Below are positions 13,713 to 24,049 of a DNA stretch of 64,000 nt, piece after piece. The translations under genes and the position numbers were made by a program. The DNA is from Ruditapes philippinarum (lineage: Eukaryota): assembly GCF_026571515.1 (NCBI RefSeq), contig NW_026866227.1, positions 62,001 to 126,000 of the forward strand, in the 5' to 3' direction. Every line of letters begins with the position of its first letter. Position 1 is the stretch's first letter. Below the pieces are notes generated by a model. The model searched no databases, was not told the DNA's origin, and was given only the letters and a program-made list of their open reading frames with translations.

Positions 13713-15327
13713 ATCCTTCTGAGTTCTGTCTGGTATTTAATCACCCGATCTAGTCCAGTGTTTGTTACAATTTATTTTCATTTGTACATATAATATATAA
13801 AAGCTGGGACTATAATATTCCATGTCCAAAATGGGTTGTGCAATCACTCACTGATACCTCATTACCTGATGTAATAGTATGTAAGTAAAGTTCGTGACTC
13901 TATGTCTTAGCATTTTTACTAGTATTACAATGATATTAGAAATAACGAATATTGTGCCAAATTTAAAATACCGAATACACAGTGAAACTTTACAACACTA
14001 AAGCAATATGTGTTTTACATGTACATTGGTACGTTCAAAATCTTTAATAATTTACATAAATTACAGATGTGGGTTTCTCTTTCACTCCTGACCTAGCTGT
14101 GAATTATTCGTTGTTTTGTAACTGGAAGAATTCGGGGGAAAACAAACATTGGTCTAATAGTATAGATGTATATGTTACTGTATACAGCAAGTTTCGTACA
14201 CTGCTGACAGTTCCTTTTTGCTGAAGTAACACGTTATATTGAAACGTACCTGTATTTATACTTTACTAGCCTGGGTTCCAGTCTTTGTTTCTGCTCGGAA
14301 AATCGACGTTACTCGTATATCAATCAGAAATCGTGACGTGCTCGTACGAAATAGCGCGTATGTAATGAATAAGCAAAATATCAACGCCAAAATTTCAGGC
14401 CAAGATTTTAAATATAAATATGCTTTTCATCGTAATGTCTCTTTTAAATTGTAATAAGCATTTGCGATGGAACATTGTTGTTGTTGTTGTTTTATATGTA
14501 TAAGTAAAACTTTAGAACAATTCTCCTGATAAGGTGAACATTATTGCTGCGTAAGCCGTTCTCTTTCTGAAAATGGGATAAAAAGAATATTATATTCGTG
14601 TAGATTCAATACTAAATTTATTGAACTCGTTGAAAAAAACAATATTATGCTCGCCGGAGGCTCCCATATGATTTTATTCAACTCGATAGTATTTAACCTA
14701 CATCCATTCAATATCCTCTATGTATTACATTCCATTTTTTTGCTGCATGCATATACTTAAATGCAATAAATGTTTGAAATAAATTTAATATCAACTTTCA
14801 CTTGTTGTACTAAGTACTTCAAACTCAGGTTTCACAGTAGCTTCAATAGGATAAGCACCACCTAAATGACCTATGCCAATTCGTTGCAGCAATTTAATTT
14901 ATTTAACATGTTATTTCAACAAAAATATCTTAACACTTTTGATCATTTAAACAGAATAAATTCATACGAGTAGACATTACAAATTGAAATTTACCTTTCT
15001 ATGTATTGTTCCAGCTCCGCAATATTTTTCCTAAAATAAAGCCCTTTCCAATATCTATGTTGTTTTCACAAACAAAAGACACTATGTATTGACACAATTT
15101 TCTTTTCAAAGTGTTTGCATCTATTTATTTATATAGACGGAGTAAATGTAAACACATTCAAACCATTTATCAATTTTGTTAATGTTTACAGCAAGGTTAA
15201 TTTCTACGTGCGTAACTTCTAATGATGCTAAATGTATCTTAATTCATCTTGTTTACAAATTTACATGTTTTGTTAGACTTCGTTGTCAGTCTCTATTTTC
15301 GAGGGAGCGTAGCCCCCCCCCCCCTCT

Positions 15328-15560
15328 CATCGCATTGTCGCACTATCGTCATCGCACTGTCGCACTCTCGTCATCGCACTGTCCCATTCTCGTCATCGCA
15401 TTGTCGCACTCTCGTCATCGAACTGTCGCACTCTCGTCATCGCACTGTCGCACTCTCGTCATCGCACTGTCGCACTCTCGACTATCGCCTTCTGGTGGAC
15501 GGTTCTAAACTGCTGGTAAGCTGACGGTTTAGAATATGGGATAATTTTACTTTTGTCAAT
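15328..15560 (+). repeat. 22-bp minisatellite (TCGTCATCGCACTGTCGCACTC)n plus 80-bp unique arm; inverted homolog of 18186-18400
   Basis: About 7 repeat units. The arm CGCCTTCTGGTGGACGGT...ATATGGGATAATTTTACTTTTGTCAAT is the reverse complement of 18186-18265. Confidence 0.85.
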
Positions 15561-15949
15561 TTAATTTCTATTTGGCCCATAGTGTTCAAACTTAATAGGA
15601 TGATTGTCCATATTGAGTAGAAGACCCCTATTGATTTTGGGGTCACAAGGTCAAAGTTCAAGGTTGCTATTACCTCAAAACTGAAAACAGTTTCCAGAGT
15701 ATAACTCTTAAGTTCCATTTGGCCCACACTATTCAAACTTTATAGGAGGATTGCTGTATGAAGGAGGTAATACTTTATTTAATTTATGTAATGTCTTACA
15801 AATGCTTCATCCTTACTAAAAAAGCAATTTCGGGCATATAATGGTCCGCCTAGCGGTGCTCTTGTTATATACTGTCTAAATACACGCATGACTGTTAATA
15901 TTTTTCACAAGTCGACCGGTCAGCGAGTGGATCTGCATCAATTAGTCTG

Positions 15950-16181
15950 GCTTCGACTTATAATTAGGCTGGCTTCGAATAATAGGTGTGAAATTCTTTC
16001 ATAATTGTATAATCGGGACCAAAATTTTACTTCGAAAAATAGGAGGTATTCGGATAATGCATTTCGAATAATACGCTCGTATTATATTGATTTATATAGA
16101 GATAAAAACGGGACCGCCGATCTACTTCGGATAATGCCGGGTATTCGAATAAAGGGTTGTCGAATAACCGGGGTCGGACTG
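15950..16181. mobile_element. Truncated pogo/Tigger-type MITE end
   Basis: Repeated TTCGRATAA motifs and the terminus CGAATAACCGGGGTCGGACTG|TA. Confidence 0.45.
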
Positions 16182-16619
16182 TATGTTTTACCTTTTACCT
16201 CATATAGACGTGTTTTCACGCCTTTTCACCCTCCCTTTTGATGCCTCAAATAGTGAAAACCATGCCCTATTTATCAGATACATCGGGGTGCAAGAGAGGG
16301 GGTACCCTCTTCTGTACAGGGGTTTGAAGGTTGACTGCCGCCCCACTCAACTCCAAGAAAAAATGGACTTGTGAGAGGCTCTAAATGGCATCAGGTCGAT
16401 CTTAAGGTAACGTGTAACCAACGCTGGAAGCCCTTCACTCTATCCCGACCCATCGGGAATTTGCAGCTTTGGTGGAAAAATTAACACAACATAGTGATTT
16501 TGAAATGTCCCCTAGTTGTCATGGTCACAGGAAATTAAGATACAATTGCTATGGCTTAGTAAACATTTGTGCCAAGTTTGATCAGTATTAAATTTTAGAT
16601 AAGGGTTAGGGTTAGGGTT

Positions 16620-16806
16620 TAAATTATTCTAAATTTTACCAGTTCATGTTTAATGTTGAATTCTGCTTAAGCCGGTGCTAGGGGGCGTGGACGGTAACTT
16701 GCATTTTCCAGTACCGTCCATGAACAGGCTCAATCAAACCGAGCCTGCAACATTTTCAATTTTGCCGTGTTGGGCTTTCTTTAGGGATTCTGTATTTATC
16801 TATTTT
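16620..16806 (+). mobile_element. Structured non-coding repeat, family A copy (putative RNA sense on + strand here)
   Basis: Near-exact reverse complement of 20982-21165; ends at the family's fixed terminus TATTTATCTATTTT. Confidence 0.85.
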
Positions 16807-16839
16807 AAAGCATTTTTTTCTAGTTTCATAGTTGATTTA

Positions 16840-16840
<1 letters not shown>

Positions 16841-16876
<36 letters not shown>

Positions 16877-16995
16877 GTCTTACGTCGCACCGACACAGTA
16901 TAGGTCATATGGCGACGTTCCAGCTTTACTGATGGATGAAGACCTTCCGTGCATTATTTTAGGCACAAACGGGTACCCGAGTAGAACCACCGACA
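16841..16995 (-). mobile_element. SINE 3' part with (AATC)n microsatellite tail
   Basis: (GATT)n at 16841-16875, then TACGTCGCACCGACACAGTATAGGTCATATGGCGAC...GCATTATTT...GTAGAACCACCGAC; homologous to 13520-13712. Confidence 0.7.
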
Positions 16996-18185
16996 ATATA
17001 GTTTCATAGCAAAACAGGGGGGTTTTCAATGAAAACAGTCATTTTTCACAAAATGCTTATGCGGGAATGGGTTAACTGGTCAGCAGATTCTAGTATACAT
17101 GTGTACCGTACCTAAAGCACCGTATGTTAAGTCTGCTGACCATATAGTATAAGAAGAAAATATGGCATAAACCATTAACCAATTTTTACTAACATTGCAA
17201 AATAAATTAAAACTTCACTGTAAATATCATTTTCCTCTGTTCATAAGCAGTTTCTCAAGGTTGAGCTAAAATCACTTTGGCTATATATAAAACAAGTGGG
17301 CACAGAAATCTAGTACATTTGTATATCTTTTATATTTCTTTTTTTTTATTTAATCATATTTATTTACTATCTCTAAGAAATATAAAAGCGCTATGTTCAC
17401 CAAGCACCAAAAATGGATATTGATAAAAATCTAAAGAAGCGTCAATTTGATAGGTAGTAGGTAGTTGGATATTCGAATAACCTACTAGCTGGTAAATGGT
17501 TATTCTTAATCCTCCACTACCTACCGGCAGGTACATGTAGTTGGTAATTCGAATTTTGCATGTTTCCCTTAAAAAAAAAAACAACAAAAATAAACAGTAA
17601 GAACTTTTCCGGATTAAATATAATGGATAGATGTGTTTTTCAATATTGAAACACATTGACTCACTATGTCCACCAGCGGAGTCAGTTGGCTATAGTACAA
17701 TATGCTGACCAATTTAACTTATACATTGTAGTAGGATCTGCTGTTAAGTTAATCTTAAAGTGAAAATTGTTGACCTTAAATAATAAAGAAAAAGATATGT
17801 GTTGACGTAAATTTCTAATTACATGTATCTTTATTTACAATGTTAGTAATATAATAAATTATACATCTTACAAAACAATAAAACCACTGATGACGATCTA
17901 TGAATATATTTCGTTTGTCTTTTTTATACAAGTAATAAAAAATGATTTTATACTTTTTTCATCTTTTAAATGTCAACATAAGATCATTTTCATCTGAAAT
18001 ATTTCTATTACATTGTAAATTAAAGTTTCACAAAAAATTTCCGTCTATGTATAACTCTTTCAGTATTTATATACAAAATGATTCTTATTATTAATTTACG
18101 ATTTCATTTATACATTATTAGTATACAGAAAAAAAACACAACTAAATAATAAAAAGAAAAAGAAAAACCAGAAGAAAAAAAAATA

Positions 18186-18648
18186 TTGACAAAAGTAAAA
18201 TTATCCCATATTCTATACCGTCAGCTTATTCGCCAGCAGTTTATAACCGTCAACCAGAAGGCGAGAGTCGACAATGCGATAACGCGATGACGACAGTGCG
18301 ACAGTGCGATGGCGAGAGTGCGACAATGCGATGAAGACAGTACGACAATGCGACAGTGCGATGGCGACAATGCGACAGTGCGATGGCGACAGTGCGATAA
18401 CACTATCGCCCTGTCGTCATCGTACTATCGCGTTATCGCATTGTCGCCATCGTACTGTCGCATTGTCGTCATCGCACTATCGCACTCTCGCCATCGCATT
18501 ATCGCATTCGCCATCGCACTGTCGCCATTGCACTCTCGCATTGTCGTCATCGCACTGTCGTATTGTCCTCATCGCATTGTCGCACTCTCGCATTATCGCA
18601 CTTTGTATTTTAACGTAAATCCACGATGGCCCTAACAGTATTCTGTAG
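18186..18648. repeat. Non-autonomous element with 22-bp minisatellite that flips orientation at ~18400
   Basis: (GCGACAGTGCGATG..)n at 18270-18398, then (CATCGCACTGTCGC..)n at 18402-18600. Ends GGCCCTAACAGTATTCTGTAG. Confidence 0.8.
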
Positions 18649-18649
18649 T

Positions 18650-18900
18650 TCCCTGATACCACAAATTGAAACCCCACAAAAAAGTAACCAATAAACGAGC
18701 ATCTGAATATGATATTTCCATCGCTATCCCTTTCTCTGTCGTCACAATATGTAAACCCCGGACAAAATGAACCAATCAATAGGCATGCTCTGTAGTGCGG
18801 GTAACTAATACATGTACCTTGCACTCCAGTTAACGCACTGTGCATGTATATGTATACGATTAAACTCTGTCACATTTTCAACAGAAAGGTCCCCAAACTA
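18650..18900 (+). repeat. Dispersed repeat; relatives at ~33062-33230 and ~54628-55200 (two units)
   Basis: Shared AAGTAACCAAT..GAGCATCTGAATATGATATTTC..GCTATCCCTTTCTCTGTCGTCACAAT..TAAACCC and CACATTTTCAACAGAAAGGTCCCCAAAC. Confidence 0.7.
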
Positions 18901-19423
18901 TAATACAATTTAAGTTTATAATACCTATACCTCTGCTGAGGCTAACTTCAAACACATAATTCACATTATACTGCGTGTTATGTTTTCCCTGTTTTTCAGA
19001 CTCTGTCAAGGTGATATCTAGATAATCGCTCTTGTATTTTGATATCTGATTAACCATAAAATCTATCTGCCGTAGGAACATTGAATTTTGACCCTGTTGA
19101 AAAATTTACCCCATGGGTAATTTTTGAGTAATTTTTAATAGTTTGTGATTAATTTTCAACAATAGACCAACATATTCATGTTAAACATGTCCATATATGG
19201 TCATACACTTGAAACAGTAATATTTCTGTATTCCTTACAGATTTTTAAGTGATAAATATTTATTCATTTTAATCAAGTGGCTCATGAGCTAATAACAATT
19301 TGCCATTCCAACAGCAATAACTGATAATGGACAGCTATATGGTACTTAGGAAGTGAGCTTGTAGTGAACTATAATATAACATTGCTACAGAATAATGTAT
19401 ACTTATATTAGGGAGTCGCTTTC

Positions 19424-19605
19424 TTACGGAGCCCCTAAGGTAACATTTTCCACACTTTTTTCCCGAGATTTAATTCGTTTTTTACGAAATATTAATCCGT
19501 TTTTACGAAATGATAATTCGTTTTTACGAAATATTAATTTTTTTAACGAAATATCAATACGTTATTACGAAATATTTTTATAATATTTCGTAATAACGAA
19601 ATCCA
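19424..19605. repeat. Small element with 21-bp tandem units (TTTTTACGAAATATTAATCCG-like) that invert near 19580
   Basis: Starts TTACGGAGCCCCTAAGG; about 5 direct units, then the inverted ATATTTCGTAATAACG. Confidence 0.6.
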
Positions 19606-20437
19606 ACAGAAACTAAATGCTGAAGCCGCTGTAAAATAAATATGAAGTTATAAATGAAGAAGTGTATATGCTTAATAAATTCAAACTTCACTTTGTTAAT
19701 TTTTTTGGTGCTATTTTTTATGATAATTAATAAGCAGTCAATGTTGAGATGGTTCAGTAATGTACATGCTTTAAGACTGCTAAATCTTGTCATATTGAAC
19801 TACATACAATATTATTATATGTCAGTGTTTACACTAGTCATTATTGTCCAATTATTTAGTATGCTTTATAGCACTGTACAAGAGATGTTTAAGTGAAATA
19901 AACTCAATAATCTCCGTGTTAGCAGTAAGGGACAAAATAGATAACCCAGATAAGTATAATGATTTCTTAAGTGTAAAATTCCTTGTATTTAATTCTTTGT
20001 CACATTTGTTAAATAATATTCTTTAATAAGACTTGATGCTGTGCAATAAAATAAAAAAGTAGTGTCTATTTTCTATCATTTTAAGATAAATCATAAGTGA
20101 TCTGATATCTTTGCCTGATTGGATTGTAATTTATGTGTATGTATATATATATACATGTAGGTATAGCTGAAATGGTTTACTATATTGTATGCCATACTTG
20201 CTATGTTATAATTACTGTTTTACAAACTACATGTACATGTATTGACTATATAATTCGTTTCATTTAAAATATGTCAGCTGTGGTTTTTAGAAATAAAAGT
20301 ACATAGACTATTTCTTATGACAAAGTTATATTTGGTCCCTTTTTGCAATAAAGTACATGTAAATGTTTGTTTGTGTGTTTTAGAATTGTCAGATCTTAAT
20401 AATCATGATACAAATTGGACATTCTGACTTATTGTAA

Positions 20438-20928
20438 TGTCACAGAATTATGTTTATGTGCTACAGGGTGAGAAAAAAAATGTGTAGCTTCACCGGACAT
20501 GAACCCGGGATCCCTGTTATACCATTTCACGGCTCTACCGACTGAGCTATACAGCCGCTTACATATCCTATCCCAAAATAGTGAACCGTTTTCTGTGTGT
20601 GTATTGAGTTTATTTATACTCGCCACCTATTGCCTATATGGGCGAGTCCTCATGAAGAGTATAAGTCATTTTAGGCAAGTGTTTAAGCACTCATACACGG
20701 GACACGATATCGAGTCTCATCAGTTATATAAGTTGGCCAGCCCGGTTATCGAACCCACAATGTCGAGATTACAAGTCTCGCGCTCTTACCGATTGTGCTT
20801 TGCGGGCAATTTTGAACTTTGACAATGTTTTATAGTCAGCCCGACTAGACTAGAAGATCAACAGATACATCATCAGGTTTGAGACCAAGAGGCCGCTGGT
20901 TCGAGCGAGGCAAATTTACTCCGTGACA
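20438..20928. mobile_element. TG...CA-bounded repeat containing tRNA-derived segments
   Basis: Termini TGTCACAGAAT / ACTCCGTGACA. Two tRNA-like segments on the - strand (~20558-20483 and 20807-20734) and a B-box GGTTCGAGC on + near 20898. Confidence 0.45.
20734..20807 (-). pseudogene. tRNA-Thr(UGU)-like pseudogene or SINE head
   Basis: Anticodon arm CGAGA-CTTGTAA-TCTCG is perfect and A/B-box-like motifs are present, but the acceptor and T stems pair poorly. Confidence 0.5.
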
Positions 20929-20981
20929 ATAGATCCTGGACATGTAGTCTAATGACCATTTGTATTGTTCTGCTGGTTCAG

Positions 20982-21845
20982 AAAATAGATAAATACAGAA
21001 TCCCTAAAGAAAGCCCAACACGGCAAAATTGAAAATGTTGCAGGCTCGGTTTGATTGAGCCTGTTCATGGACGGTACTGGAAAGTGCAAGTTACCGTCCA
21101 CGCCCCCTAGCACCGGCTTAAGCAGAATTCAACATTTAAACATGAAATAGTAAAATTTTGAATTTAGAAACATCCGCAGATGTGTTCATACGGCGGTTAT
21201 CATTGAACCTTCAATGTGACACAGTAGTGCCATTCCATGAAAAGCGGCGTATGGTCCCCAAGTAATAAAAAGCGTGTGCCCTAAACGAGAAAACAATGGG
21301 CGGAACTAAATAAAATGGAATTTTGAAAGGGGATCAGAGGTTATGAAGCCTGCGTATCACAGATTAGACGTCAAAAGACAAATTTAAAAAGCAGGCAACA
21401 TATCCTAAGGGTGATTCAACATTATTCAAGTAGGAATATTGGAACCACCCAACTAGAAAATGCCGAAAAGTTGAAACTAAAAATACCACAAGCACAACAA
21501 TAATGTCGTGCTGAACGATCTTCAAGGATCGAAAATATAACATCATTGATTAAATGTACGGGGAGACTTTTTACAGCCGCCACACGGCACAAATAACACG
21601 GATGTGATCATAAAATAGATAAATACAGAATCCCTAAAGAAAGCCCAACACGGCAAAATTGAAAATGTTGCAGGCTCGGTTTGATTGAGCCTGTTCATGG
21701 ACGGTACTGGAAAGTGCAAGTTACCGTCCACGCCCCCTAGCACCGGCTTAAGCAGAATTCAACATTTAAACATGAAATAGTAAAATTTTGAATTTAGAAA
21801 CATCCGCAGATGTGTTCATACGGCGGTTATCATTGAACCTTCAAT
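20982..21845 (-). mobile_element. Structured non-coding element, family A: 630-nt unit with 234-bp terminal redundancy (retrozyme-like candidate)
   Basis: 20982-21215 and 21612-21845 look identical (period 630). No ORF, no TG...CA ends, no clear TSD. Several conserved stems (see findings). Confidence 0.85.
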
Positions 21846-22003
21846 CAAATCACATTTGAGTTATAGTCGGTCACCTGCGGAGAAATTGGTAATTATACTG
21901 CTTCGTTATCCAGCAAAGCTTGTTAGGGAGAACGACCGCCAAGATATTACCAAAATATTGTTGAAACAGGCTTATAAACCAGATCAACAGCACAGCAGTT
22001 TAG

Positions 22004-22260
22004 AGTCAGTGAGCTCAATAGGTAGAGCGTCGGACTGTGAATCGGGCGACCCTGGTTCGATTCCTGTACGGTGTAGATCACTTTCTTTGTAATTTATCAT
22101 GAAGATTTGCACTATACCTTTGCTCTGGCATGTAGAGAAGTTATCAGTTCCTTGCGAAAGTGAAGGCAATCAGTACTGGTGAACTGCTTGACAGCCTGTT
22201 CAGGAACGATGCGGTGGCTGGTAAATTCAATGTTGCTTACTGCCGTGATCAGAAGTGAAA
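22004..22260 (+). mobile_element. tRNA-derived SINE (Meta-domain-like body)
   Basis: Head GAGCTCAATAGGTAGAGCGTCGGACTGTGAATC...GGTTCGATTCC with A/B boxes. Body AGTTATCAGTTCCTTGCG...AGTACTGGT...AGCCTGTTCAGGAAC. A related 3' fragment lies at ~21850-21990. Confidence 0.65.
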
Positions 22261-24049
22261 ATTATCAACTCAACCACAAGCAATTTGGAACGTCGACGGT
22301 TATACCAAGGGACTTGCTTGTGACCCGTTCAGATTGGAATTGTGTGTAATTGGCTCTTTGCAGGACTAACTTTGAATTTCATGAAACTAATAATATGTAT
22401 AGTTGTTTTGTGTACAACTATATTTTAGAGACATGTTAACTATACAGAAAATGATAATTATTCAAAGCATATTTCCAGCAAACTTGGAAATCACGTCGAG
22501 ACGGCATTTTTAAACGCACATTATGCCTAAGAAACAAATGAATTTTTACTTCTTTACAATGGGCAAACATGAATTTTATAATGTTTAGATAATGGTTTTA
22601 GAGAATATAAGATGCTTTTACCTGAATAAAGTAGCGATAAATGTGAAACAATTTGTCATGAAGGTAGCAAAATGTTAACAAAGTGCATGTTGTATTTTCA
22701 CTAATTACTAATTCACTATAACTGTATTTATTGCCAAAAAGGGAACATTAAAAAGCTTTGAGAAATAAGAATAAAAGTATTACGGAACCCACAATACCTG
22801 TATATGACAGGCCTCTTGTGACGGGCTTTAACAGAGTCGTTTAATTCAACGTGACCGGCTTAGTAGTAAGTATGAAAAATAAAAACATTTCAAAAAATAT
22901 TTTTATTAAAAGTTGGTGATATGTTAACGCAGGAAAAAAATCTAGTAAGCAAAACATAACAAATTAGTCAATATGTTATTTAGATATATAAACAATTTAA
23001 TTACGTCTAATGACATATACATAGATTTCTGTCAAATTCGAAGGACTTCATGAACGCCGAAATATATAAATATAAATTCTTAATTCAGTATTAACGTAAT
23101 GCTCTATAAGGATTTGGGATCCATTATCTTTTATTGTGACAAAAAAAGCAAAATTAAAATGTCAACAAAAATGTGATTTTTAATTAACAAAAAGGCACAG
23201 CTATATACAAAATTACAAATTGCTAATACAAAACTGGTCAATTTTAAGCAGCGGGTTTAAATTTTTTTGTTTACAATTAATAAAAAATAATTATAAAAAA
23301 AATCTGTATTACACACCACTGTAGTATTTCGGAATCTTACTAGAGCGGCGCACTTGTCCAGTAGTATCGTTATGCTCAATTTTCCATTGTCAAGTTGAGA
23401 TGAATTTACTAAATATTTCAAAAGATTGACTGTTGACTGTGATTGACCTATATTTAATATTGGAGAATGTTGAGTATAAAATATACTGCCCCATTGTTTT
23501 TATAAATTGAAGGCAATAGTTATACATTGTTTATTATTTCCGACGATTGTTATAGAAATGTTGTTGGGTCATTAAGTTATTTATCGAAAATAAACTTGAA
23601 AGGAAAGAAAATATGGGAAAATGATTTTTTTTATTTTGACATTCACCTGTTCACTAACTAGCTGTTTAATTTTGGATGGGCATAATGTCACTGTAAATAA
23701 TTTATAATTGTTTTATATTATATTGAGAAATATAAAGTTGGATTGCTATTGAAAAGAATGCATGTATATGTCACAGTCTTTTAGGTGAAATTTTAAAAAC
23801 CGAGTTCTCGATTGTTTTTTCCTATGATGGGCCTAGAACAAAAGATTATAAACACGCGTCAGGAGCCGACCGAGGTGATAAGATGAATGTCTGCAGCAGC
23901 TACAAATATAGTAGATTATTCAGTTTGTTTTATATAAAAAATTAACAGATATAAAAATATAGTGATATAGTTGTTCAATATTACATAAATATAATACAGT
24001 ATCCCGTCCGTGAAAATTGGTGTACATTTCTTCTTTACAGTTTCTTTTC

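Noticed and set aside
15328-15490. CRISPR-like array
   Set aside because: Contiguous tandem units without unique spacers, no cas genes, eukaryotic context.
16601-16619. (TTAGGG)-type repeats next to a family A copy as telomere healing
   Set aside because: Only about 3 units, interstitial, and on the wrong strand for telomerase capping of the truncated cDNA end.
15176-18845. Ser/His/Arg/Cys-rich ORFs (15176, 15249, 18221, 18304, 18309, 18477)
   Set aside because: They are translations of the 22-bp minisatellite, open in several frames and on both strands.
21095-21130. Resemblance of AAGCCGG..AGGGGGCG (- strand) to twister ribozymes, and of CGCCCCCTAG to a CTCF core
   Set aside because: No conserved UAA cleavage-site strand or P2 pairing for twister; the CTCF match lacks the flanking TGG. 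Superficial only.
21505-21550. Hammerhead-like string CTGAACGA-TCTTCAAGGATC-GAAA-ATATA on the + strand of family A
   Set aside because: It has an extra base versus CUGANGA, stem I does not pair next to the core, CUGA is absent in family B, and covariation points to the opposite strand. Not callable without a covariance-model search.
20982-21845. TRIM or LTR retrotransposon interpretation of the 234-bp direct repeats
   Set aside because: No TG..CA ends, PBS, PPT or TSD, and the redundancy length differs between copies (234 versus ~25 bp).
22004-22076. Functional tRNA-His gene
   Set aside because: Acceptor stem does not pair and the sequence continues into a SINE body.
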